This document shows positions 1 through 11,507 of a stretch of DNA of 64,000 nt, piece by piece. The notes under the pieces are model-generated. The model did no database searches and had not been told where the DNA came from. It saw only the letters and a program-made list of their open reading frames with translations. The stretch is from Ranitomeya imitator (taxonomy: Eukaryota). The DNA lies in contig NC_091291.1 of assembly GCF_032444005.1 (NCBI RefSeq), positions 143,902,001-143,966,000 on the forward strand. Direction: 5' to 3'. A program made the position numbers and the translations under genes. Position 1 is the first letter of the stretch. Every line of letters begins with the position of its first letter.

Positions 1-283
1 TCATTTTATACCCCAATCTTAAGCTCACCAATGTATCAGTTCACGCCTCTTAATTGATTTCTTGCATCTTGGTTGCAGACGCGTGCCCAATACTGCTCCT
101 GTTACTGCTGAATTTCGGTAACACTTTGCTGCCTCCCTCACCCACTTTCCCATCTTGTGGCAAGAAAAGCCAAATTTTTGCTCAAAAATGCACAATTTTG
201 GGTCAAATGGTTGGCATAAACTGTGCCAAAATATTTTCAAAAAGATGGCGCAAAAAATAAAATCTTGACACTGTCTCTATAAT

Positions 284-326
284 GTGCACTGATGAGGGCT
301 GATAAGGCGGGAACAGGTGTCTTCAC
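284..326 (+). ncRNA. Degenerate type I hammerhead ribozyme relic
   Basis: GTGCA-CTGATGA-GGGC-tgataa-GGCG-GGAAC-AGGT-GTC-TTCAC keeps the CUGAUGA core and GUC triplet in hammerhead order, but stem II, the GAAA core and stem I carry mismatches. Confidence 0.55.
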
Positions 327-740
327 ACTACAACCAGTGCAGAGCCATGTCACCTTTCTGTGCCACGTGGAAGCCATGCTGGATGATTTGCATAGCCCCG
401 ACTGCTACTATAATCCGCCATAACTTGAAAATCTCCACCAATCAAATGGGCTGTCCATTTACAAAAACATTCTACCTTCTTCCTAGAACAGTGCCACCCC
501 TGTCTGCAGGTTGTGTGTGGTATTGTAGCTTGGAAGTATTAAAGTGAACAGGGCTGAAATGTAATATTATTATTATTTATTTATATAGCACCATTGATTC
601 CATGGTGCTGTACATGAGAAAGGGGTTACATACAGGGTTATAGATATCATTTACAGTACACAAATTTACGATGACAGACTGGTGCAGAGGGGAGAGGACC
701 CTGTGCTTGAGGACTTACATTCTATGGGATAATGGGGAAG

Positions 741-1690
741 AGACAGAAGGTCGGGGATGCGGCAGCTCTGGTGGTGGTGAGGAGGCATCTCGGGTGGTTG
801 GTGAGGCGGCAGCTCTGGCGGTGGCATCGCGGCAGCTCGGGTGGCTGGTGCGGCAGCTTCGGTGGTTTGTGACGTGGCAGCTTGGGTGGTTGGTGACGTG
901 GCAGCTCGGGTGGTTGGTGAGGCGGCAGCTGTGGCTGTGGCATCGCGGCAGCTCGGGTGGTTGGTGGGGCGGCAGCTCGGGTGGTTGGTGACGTGGCAGC
1001 TCGGGTGGTTGGTGGGGCGGCAGCTCGGGTGGTTGGTGACGTGGCAGCTCGGGTGGTTGGTGAGGCGGCAGCTGTGGCATCGCGGCAGCTCGGGTGGTTG
1101 GTGACGTGGCAGCTCGGGTGGTTGGTGACATGGCAGCTCGGGTGGTTGGTGAGGCGGCAGCCCTGGCTGTGGCATCGCGGCAGCTCGGGTGGTTTGTGAC
1201 GTGGCAGCTCGGGTGGTTGGTGGGGCGGCAGCTCGGGTGGTTGGTGACGTGGCAGCTCGGGTGGTTGGTGAGGCGGCAGCTGTGGCATCGCGGCAGCTCG
1301 GGTGGTTTGTGACGTGGCAGCTCGGGTGGTTGGTGACATGGCAGCTCGGGTGGTTGGTGAGGCGGCAGCCCTGGCTGTGGCATCGCGGCAGCTCGGGTGG
1401 TTTGTGACGTGGCAGCTCGGGTGGTTGGTGGGGCGGCAGCTCGGGTGGTTGGTGACGTGGCAGCTCGGGTGGTTGGTGAGGCGGCAGCTGTGGCATCGCG
1501 GCAGCTCGGGTGGTTGGTGACAAGGCAGCTCGGGTGGTTGGTGACGTGGCAGCTCAGGTGGTTGGTGGGGCGGCAGCTCGGGTGGTTGGTGACGTGGCAG
1601 CTCGGGTGGTTGGTGAGGCGGCAGCTGTGGCATCGCGGCAGCTCGGGTGGTTGGTGACGTGGCAGCTCGGGTGGTTAGTGAGGCGGAGGC
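741..1690. repeat. GC-rich minisatellite, 24-bp unit (GGCAGCTCGGGTGGTTGGTGACGT) with ~208-bp higher-order period
   Basis: Direct reading; identical ORF starts recur at 1094/1302/1510 and 1189/1397 (208-bp spacing). Confidence 0.95.
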
Positions 1691-2011
1691 GGCAGAATGG
1701 TTATTGCAGGCTGTAGGCTTTCCTGAAGAGATTGGTTTTCAGGTTCCGTCTGAAGTATCCGAGGGTGGTGGATAATCGGACGTGTTGAGGCGTGGAATTC
1801 CAGAGGATGGGGGATATTTGGGATAATCTTGGAGGCGGTTGTGTGAGGAACGAATAAGTGTGGAGGAGAGAAGGAGATCTTGGGAGGATCGAAGATTTGC
1901 ATAAGGGAAGATATCGGGAGATTAGTTCAGAGATATAGATAGGGGACAGGTTGTGGATGGCTTTGTAGATCAGTGTTAATTGTCTCTTCAGAGAGGAAGA
2001 GGAATAGAACT

Positions 2012-2028
2012 CTAGTGCCACCTATTGG
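2012..2028 (-). promoter_or_regulatory. CTCF-like motif inside the retrozyme-like element
   Basis: CCAATAGGTGGCACTAG versus consensus CCASYAGRKGGCRS (1 mismatch); motif match only. Confidence 0.4.
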
Positions 2029-2111
2029 AAGTAGCAATTCTAACACTCAATGTAGACCCTTTAACGAGTCTTGTCACATGACTTAAAATAATAGCCAAAC
2101 CAGAATCTCAA

Positions 2112-2156
2112 TTTGCAGACACTGTGTTTCGGGGTACTGCCCCTCGTCAGTGCAAA
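2112..2156 (-). ncRNA. Type I hammerhead ribozyme with canonical core
   Basis: Minus strand TTTGCA-CTGACGA-GGGG-CAGTA-CCCC-GAAA-CACAGTGTC-TGCAAA: 6-bp stem I, CUGACGA, 4-bp stem II, GAAA, short stem III, GUC cleavage triplet. Confidence 0.9.
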
Positions 2157-2491
2157 GTGGAGATCTTGTTTGGCTGATTGAGAGGCGTCTGACCGGGATC
2201 CAAGAAGTCTCTAGATCAGTGTTAGTAATTTGCAAATCCAGTTCAGAGGGGAGAAGCAGGAGAGTAGCGAGGAGAGAGGTGGATTAACCGGGCAGCAGAG
2301 ATGATGACAGACTGGAGTGGTGCAAGGGAGTTAGCGGGGAGGCCACAGAGTAGGGTGTTGCAGTAATCGAGGCGGGAGATGATGAGGGCATGCACAAGAG
2401 TTTTAGTAGATTGTGGGGTGAGGAAGGGACGGATTCTGGCAACCTTTGGACAGGGATGGCGCCATTTCTGCAGCCATGTTTATTTAACCTA

Positions 2492-4133
<1,642 letters not shown>

Positions 4134-4214
4134 TATATACAACTGTATATAGCTGCTTTAACATGCCATTATGGACATAGGTCGCTTAGTGTGAGTCGTC
4201 GGTTCATCATACCA

Positions 4215-5315
4215 AGTCTGTGCAATGGCGGCCAGAACTTGACGTTGGGTTTCGTTGGTGCATCTTATGCTGTTGGTACAATGGCGGCCAGAACTCGACT
4301 TTTGGTTTCTTTGGTGCATCATACGCGGTCAGTACAATGGCGGCCAGAACTCGGCGCTGAGTTTCGTCAGTGCATCGTATGCTGTCGGTATAATGGCGAC
4401 CAGAACTCGGCATTGGGTTTCTTTGGTGCATCTTATGCTGTTGGTATAATGGCGGCCAGAACTTGGCATTGGGTTTCTTTGGTGCATCATAGTATCCTGT
4501 TGGTACAATGGCGGCCAGAAATCGGCGCTGAGTTTTGTCTGTGCATCGTGCACTGTTGGTACAATGGCGGCCAGAAATCGGCGCTGAGTTTCTTCGGTGC
4601 ATCGTACACTGTCGGTACAATGGCGGCCAGAACTCGGTGTTGGATTTCGTCGGTGTATCCTACACTGTCAGTACAACGGCGGCCAGAACTCTGTGTTGGA
4701 TTTCATCGGTGCATCGTTTGCTGTTGGTACAATGGCGGACAGAACTCGGCATTGGATTTAGTCGGTGCATCGTTTGCTGTTGGTACAACGGCGGCCAGAA
4801 CTTGGCATTGGATTTCGTCGGTGCATCGTTTGCTGTTGGTACAACGGCGGCCAGAACTCGGCATTGGATTTCGTCGGTGCATCGTTTGCTGTTGGTACAA
4901 CGGCGGCCAGAACTCGGCATTGGATTTCGTCGGTGCATCGTTTGCTGTTGGTACAACGGCGGCCAGAACTCGGCATTGGATTTCGTCGGTGCATCGTACA
5001 CTGTCAGTACAACGGCGGCCAGAACTCGGCATTGGATTTCGTCGGTGCATCGTACACTGTCAGTACAACGGCGGCCAGAACTCGGCATTGGATTTCGTCG
5101 GTGCATCGTACACTGTCAGTACAACGGCGGCCAGAACTCGGCATTGGATTTCGTCGGTGCATCGTACACTGTCAGTACAACGGCGGCCAGAACTCGGCAT
5201 TGGATTTCGTCGGTGCATCGTACACTGTCAGTACAACGGCGGCCAGAACTCGGCATTGGATTTCGTCGGTGCATCGTTTGCTGTTGGTACAATGGCGGCC
5301 AGAACTCGGCACTGA
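4215..5315. repeat. CpG-rich 56-bp minisatellite (~20 copies)
   Basis: Unit GTACAACGGCGGCCAGAACTCGGCATTGGATTTCGTCGGTGCATCGTACACTGTCA; period 56 (TTTCGTCGGT at 4981 and 5037). Confidence 0.95.
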
Positions 5316-5319
5316 GTTG

Positions 5320-6200
5320 TAGATTTTTCTGGGCTGCGCTGGAAATATTAATATTCTGTCGTCTCATGCTGATCCGCTCAATCTGCAGAGTCACTTAATG
5401 AATCAGAATCATGACTAATCATCTGCGCCCTGAGCCGTCATGGTGGACTGATGGCGGATTGATCTGCAGGATTTGAATCCATCGATCTGCTGGTCTCCTG
5501 GATAATCTGGCACATCGCCGCCCTCTCGTCTGATCCCCCCCTGACGCTGCCTCCTAGATTTTCCTTTGTCGGTGGAGCCTTTGTACCTTAGCCCCCGGTG
5601 GAAGCCAATACCAGAGCGCTGAGCCCCCCGCGTAGCCGCCGCTGCCGTGGGTTATTTGTCCGGGTAGCAGAGAAGAATGTGCCTTTCTGCGGCTTCACGC
5701 TGATCGCTCGCCATTGGTTTCGATGAGAAAATAGAAAATCCAATCCCATCCGACTTTACCCTTCACGTCCTAGCAACAAGCGGAGCCTCTGCCTCTCCTG
5801 CAAACTGACACCTGGATAATGACATCACGGATTATGGCGGCGATGCAGCGGCGGGGGCCACGCGCACCTTTTTTTCCTTCTGTCTGCAGCGAAGTTCATC
5901 TGAGGTATCGCAGTCTGTAGTCTTAAAGCGACAGAGTGCTGCAAATCTGCAGCTGCAACCGAGCAACCTCCTCCTCCCTTATTCAACTGTGGCACCTGGG
6001 AAAGGAAGGGTTAACGCGATGCAGGTTGTGGTGCAGCGCGGCGAGCTCCTCACCATCTTTCATCCTTTTCTGCGCTGAATTGCTCCAATCCTGCATTATA
6101 AGCTGAGCGTGGGGCGGGATTCAGCCCAGACCCCTTAATGTCGGACGTCGCCATTCCTGCTCCCTCCAGTCGTACAGCGCCACGGACCGTGTAGGAGAGA
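5320..6200. promoter_or_regulatory. Unique CpG-rich island, possible promoter/first-exon region
   Basis: Non-repetitive, many retained CpGs, GC box (GGGGCGGG near 6111), next to a T-rich tract at 6230-6540; no expression data. Confidence 0.4.
6054..6154 (-). CDS. Candidate first coding exon of an unidentified gene (MATSDIKGSGLNPAPRSAYNAGLEQFSAEKDER...)
   Basis: GGAATGG Kozak context, 33 open codons, then ATG|GTGAGG consensus donor at 6053, within a CpG-rich unique island; protein not recognised. Confidence 0.3.
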
Positions 6201-7270
6201 TGGATCATTTGTTCAGGAATTTTACGGCTTTATTTTCAATTTCCTTTGTTTTTAGTTTTTATTTTATTTTTCTTGTCATATTTTGATTTCTTTCCGTTAT
6301 GTTTTTTTTTTTTTTAGCATGTCGTCGTATTTTTATTCTCAATTATTTTGATGCATTTGTAGTTGGAAATGTTTTGTGGGTTTTTTTTTTATACCTTTTT
6401 CATTTTATTTGCTATTTTTATTGCCTTTTTACTATTTTTAGTTACTTTTGATTCATCTCTATTATTTGCAATTTTAAAAAAATTCTCGTCATTTTTTTTA
6501 ATCATTTCTTTTTTACGGTATTTTTGCTTTTATTAGTAACAGGTGTTGAGTCTTTGGGCCGCACATTCTCATAGATTGTAAGCTCCTTTGCGCTGATCTC
6601 AGATCACAATTCCTACCGGGCTGAGACTATTCGGGTGGATCACGGGCTGCGGCGGATAATCGGGTCATTCCCCAGATCCCCCGTGTACAGACCTGCGGGC
6701 TCTGGTCCATTCTGGGGCTGACGGCTGCTCAGTATTAACCACTTCCCCACAAATCATGTTCAAAAAAGTTTAAAAAAAAATGCTAATTCTTCAACAATTT
6801 ACAAATATCATGCTAAAATCTGATCAAAGTGGCGACCGGATTAATAAATATAAAGAATCTGGGTTGTTTTTTGTGTTTTAGGTGTTTTTTTTTACCCCCT
6901 TTTGTATTGTTTATTGTGTTCTTCGCCTTCTTGTGGGATCAGATCTGGGTCCCGGCCCCCCGTACCGCTCCATCCCTTGGAAATCTATAACTGAAATTGA
7001 TTTTCTTAGCACTCTGTGCCCTATGAGTTTTGTGCGGAGGAACGTCTGCAAACGTGATGCTGGATCAGCGGAATGTTCAGACTATTGGACTCTATATCTG
7101 CACTGAACGATGACTGGACTATTGCACAGCAGGAAGTAGAAGTTTGGGCAGAGCGGTCACCATGAACAGACCTCTTGTATAAGGGGGCAGTAATTGGAGT
7201 TAATTAAGTTGTTTGACAACTTTTAACTCTTCATTAGGAGACAGTCAAAACCATTGGCTTCAGGTTATAT

Positions 7271-8330
7271 ACAGGTGCTGCTCAATTAGAATATCTTCAA
7301 AAAGTGAATTTATTTCAGTACAAAAAGTGAAACTTGTATATTCTGTAGAGTAATTACAGACAGAGTGATCTATTCCACGTGTTTATTTCTGTTAATGTTG
7401 ATGATTATGGCTTATACTCTAATGCTGGGGACCCCCGATCGTGTCATGGTTTTCCTTGTTGTGTTTGGAGTGTGCACATTGCAGATTCAGACTGAAGGCA
7501 GCAAAACCAGGAAAGGAGGAAGGAGAGAAACCCAAAACATGGTAGACCTCCAATTCCTTCTGGTGCCCCCTCTTCCTCAATTACAGCTTCACATCCTTTT
7601 CACTTATCCCCATCATCTTCATCAGTCGTCCCTTGGTATGGCTGCCAATGAACAGGTCGCCTTGTCCAGAGCTCATGTGTGGAGTCACCGGCCGTCAGAA
7701 AGTGTTAACGACCATCAGGTGTTTTGTAGGGCAGCGTTGGTGGACAACTCCATACAGGTTTCACCTGAATCCACAAATGTTCTAAGCTGGAATATGACAA
7801 GAGACACTCAACTAAGAGAAGAGAAGCCACAGGTCCGTCCGTGCAGAAAATTGCTAGATCCTTGAAGGTATTCTCAAGTGCAGTCATAAAAACTATCAAT
7901 CGCAGGCCGTCACAGGAAGAGAAGACCAAGAATGACCTCTGCTGCAGAGGATAAGTTCATCAGCGTTACCAGTGTCGAAAGATGCCAAATAACAGCACAT
8001 CATAAATGATATACAGAAATTAAGTAGCTATCCAGAGGGGACAAGAAGTGGCCTCTATGGTCAAATTGCTGCAGAGGAGCCGCAACTGAGGACCGCAAAC
8101 AAGAAGAGGCTTGTGTGGACCGAGCAACTCAAGGACTAGAAATGAGATCAATGGAAATCTGTATTGTGGTCCAAGGAGTCACAAATAGAGATTTTAGTAC
8201 CAGCCACCATGTCTGTGTGAGATGCACAAAAGGTGAGTGAATGGTCTATACATGTGTGGTGTCCACCATGAAGCATGGATGGGTGGGGTGATGGTAGCGG
8301 TCTCTGCAAGTGACACTGGTGGTAATTTAT
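7271..8330 (+). mobile_element. Old Tc1-like remnants (TIR fragment ~7271-7420; degenerate transposase ~7790-8330)
   Basis: TA-CAGGTGCTGCTC..ATTAGAATATC terminus; decayed motifs resembling RPRMTSAAEDKFI, WKSVLWS and STMKHG; many stops and indels. Confidence 0.65.
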
Positions 8331-8894
8331 TCCCCAGCATGGCCCCCACCACATCCAGCCGCGACCTCCATCTCCTCTGTTCTGCACTAAGTGGCACCTT
8401 TATTTGTGTAAGATGTAAGACATTGTGTAATGAGGTGGCACGTGGTTCTTTACTCCTTATTTTCTTCTTGATTTTGCAGCTTCTAGTCTGAATCTGCAAT
8501 GTGCACACTCCAATAAGAGCCAGGAAAACCATTACATGAACAACATAGTCCGGACTTCTGACTGATCCTGTATTTATATCCAGTAATAAATATTATACTC
8601 TTTGCAATGTTAGAGCAGAGAACCAACAACCAACCAGGGAAGAGAAACAACCGCTTCATTTCATAAGACAAAATATCCTAAAATTCTCTAATATGTAAAA
8701 CCTCTACTGACCACTGGAGGGAGAGAGATACGATCATTTTCAACATTGTTAGCGCTAGAGACCATTTTAACCAGTTAAAAAAAAAAATGGATTATAATAT
8801 TATATCACTGCAGACAGAAAATGTAGCCCCCTGCTGTGATGTCTGTATGATGCCAATACCTACATGAACTTACCCCAACCCTAAATAATTGTGT

Positions 8895-9180
8895 ACCATA
8901 TATGTCCTGTATTATACTCCAGAGCTGCACTCACTATTCTGCTGGTGCAGTCACTGTGTACATACATTACATTACTGATCCTGAGTTACCTCCTGTATTA
9001 TACCCCAGAGCTGCACTCACTATTCTGCTGGTGCAGTCACTGTGTACATACATTACATTACTGATCCTGAGTTACATCCTGTATTATACTCCAGAGCTGC
9101 ACTCACTATTCTGCTGGTGCACTCACTGTATACATTCATTACATTACTTACCCTGCACTGATCCCGAGTTACTTGTAATG
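8895..9180 (-). repeat. ~86-bp minisatellite, same family as 23480-24175, opposite orientation
   Basis: CCTGTATTATACTCCAGAGCTGCACTCACTATTCTGCTGGTGCAGTCACTGTG repeated about three times. Confidence 0.9.
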
Positions 9181-10074
9181 TGTGTGCACTCATTCCGCAG
9201 ATTGTAGAGACAATCTGGGATATGTAGTGTTCCGGATTGTCGCTGATGGAGCTGTTGCCAGGAGCGGCGCGTTCTGCTCACAATATTGACATCTTCCATT
9301 TTTTCTGTGTTTATTGCCTGTCATTCTCTCCCACTCTCTGTTGGCAGCCGCAGTGCTGAGTGTGAGCAGTGATCGGAAACTGCTGCGACCAACCTGACAG
9401 ACTGGGAGAGATGGGAGATGGGGAGCAGAGGACGTCTTCATGATACAAGGGGAGGAATAACAATATTATGTTGGGGGCCTTTACCATACAAGTGTGTCAC
9501 AGTTCACGGGGAGGATACCTTTATCATCGCCATCACTCACACCAATTTGTCATGTACCGGGGTTGTTTGGTTGACCCTCGTTCTTTCTGAAGGGGATTTA
9601 TCTATATCCCACTTCTCATTTCCTGTTTGGAACTTGCAGCTCTCTGGCGTCCCCCTTACCCTCAGGTCAGACAGGGTACTGCACCTAGGATAGTTAGTCG
9701 CCAGAAAGGCTGCCTTACTTTGTACATGCTAATGGACACACTCCACCGAGGGTGATATAACTAGTCCCTCAGGTGGGAACAATAATCAATGCCGCAAGTC
9801 GCAACAAAGCCTCCCAACCGCACAGGACAAATCCACTGCCACCAGCTCCGATTTCTTAATTAACGGGTCCGGAGCCAACCCAAATTAGCATAATTCACTT
9901 CAGAGGATGTGACCCTACTTTATAGAGCAAGGAGAGACCAAGCTAGTAATTTTATATTTTACTACAAAAAATGTAGGCAGTGTTTACAGAAGTATAAAAA
10001 GGTATTATGAATAAGACAAGTATCATATGTAAAGCACAATTACAAATAAAATGGGATTAAAGTTGAAAAAACAC

Positions 10075-10388
10075 ATTGACGCACGACACATTGCGACGCT
10101 TTGTTACACGTCGCAACCATCGTGCGACGGTTACGTCTTGTTGTGGCAGACCGTCGGCAGCAAAAAACGTTACATGTAACGTTTTTTACTGCGTTGTGTC
10201 TGCCATTTCTGACCGCGCATGTGCGACCGGAACTCCGCCCCCACCTCCCCGCAACTCTCAATGGGACAGCGGATGCGCTGGAAAAATGCATCCGCTGCCC
10301 CCATTGTGCGGCACTTGCACAGTATGCGTCGGTACGTCGGGCCGACGCAGCGTGACGGCCCCGTTCCGACGCTAGTGTGAAAGTAGCC
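10075..10388. mobile_element. Partial palindromic MITE
   Basis: Right TIR CTAGTGTGAAAGTAGCC|TTA; internal inverted segments (AAAAAACGTTACATGTAACGTTTTTT); left end not clear. Confidence 0.65.
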
Positions 10389-10391
10389 TTA

Positions 10392-11507
10392 ATGAGTGTC
10401 ACAAAGTACTCTTCATCAATCTGCCTTGTCATGGACCATTTTCTTCAACTTCCACCAAAGATTTTCAATTGGATTGAGATCCGGACTACTTGCAGCCATG
10501 ACATTGACCTTATGAGTCTTTTTCAAGGAATGTTTGCACAGTTTTTGCTCTATGGCAGGATGCATTATCATCTTGAAAAATGATTTCATCATCCCCAAAC
10601 ATCCTTTCAATTGATGGGATAAGAAAAGTGTCCAAAATATCAACATAAACTTGTGCATTTATTGAAGATGTAATGACAGCCATCTCCCCAATGCCTTTAC
10701 CCGACACGCAGCCCCATATCATCAATGACTGCGGAAATTTGCATGTTCTCTTCAGACAGTCATCTTTATAAATCTCATTGGAACGGCACCAAACAAAAGT
10801 TCCAGCATCATCACCTTGCCCAATGCAGATTCGTGATTCATCACTGAATATGACTTTCATCCAGTCATCCACAGTCCACGATTGCTTTTCCTTAGCCCAT
10901 TGTAACCTTGTTTTTTTTTTTCTGTTAAGGTGTTAATGATGGCTTTCGTTTAGCTTTTTTGTGTTGATAATCCCATTTCCTTTATGCGGTTTCTTACACT
11001 TTGGTCACAGACGTTGACTCCAGTTTCCACACATTTATTACTCATTAGTTTTGTTGTGCGTTTCCTGTTTCGGAGACACATTGTTTTTGTCTTCCTTGGT
11101 CTACCAGTATGTTTGCTTTTAACAGCCTTCCCATGTTGTTTGTATTTGGTCCAGATTTGGTTAGATTTTACATCTTTTACAACATTGCGTGATAATCCTC
11201 TCCTTTGTTTCAATTGACATCTCTTGTGTTGGAGCCATGATTCATGTCAGTCCACTTGGTGCAACAGCTCTCCAAGGTGTGATCACTCCTTTGTAGCTGC
11301 AGACTAACGAGCAGATCTAATTTGATGCAGGTGTTAGTTTTGGGTATGAAAATCTACAGGGTGATTCCATAATTTTTTTCCTCAGAATTGAGTGACTCCA
11401 TAATTTTTCCCCTATGCTTGGTTAAAAAAGTGCTTTTTTCTACAAAATTAAACAACTGAATGAACATCCTCCAAGGCCGGTGATTCCATCATTTTTGCCA
11501 GGGGTTG
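10392..11507 (-). mobile_element. Tc1 transposon, 3'-truncated, with degenerate transposase
   Basis: Terminus CCAGGGGTTG|TA at 11507; 'WMKVIFSDESRICIG...LMIWGC...FQDDNASCHRAK' (10510-10872) and 'SSPDLNPIENLWWKLKK'. Confidence 0.9.

Larger units (their letters stand above)
1979..2211 (-). mobile_element. 233-bp non-coding retrozyme-like insertion with 13-bp TSD
   Basis: TAGATCAGTGTTA at 1966-1978 and 2212-2224 flanks it and the L2 resumes across the TSD; homologous partial copy at 28057-28206; contains a hammerhead motif. Confidence 0.85.
565..2460 (-). mobile_element. L2-clade LINE, 5'-truncated 3' part (RT C-terminus, 3' UTR, stem-loop, (TAA)n tail), with an internal minisatellite and the 233-bp insertion
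   Basis: (TAT)n tail at ~565-585; AGCACCAT/ATGGTGCT stem at ~586-610; minus-strand remnants such as 'LIYKAIHNLSPIYISELISRY...RRNLKTNLFRKAY' (1701-2021) typical of the L2 ORF2 end; same 3' end recurs at 31511-31723. Confidence 0.85.

Noticed and set aside
666-1716. Pro/His-rich and 'QLGWLVT' ORFs
   Set aside because: Translations of the 24-bp minisatellite in several frames.
9550-10040. Possible LTR/DIRS fragment
   Set aside because: Starts with TGTCA and looks repeat-like, but no matching end, TSD or coding remnant could be found.
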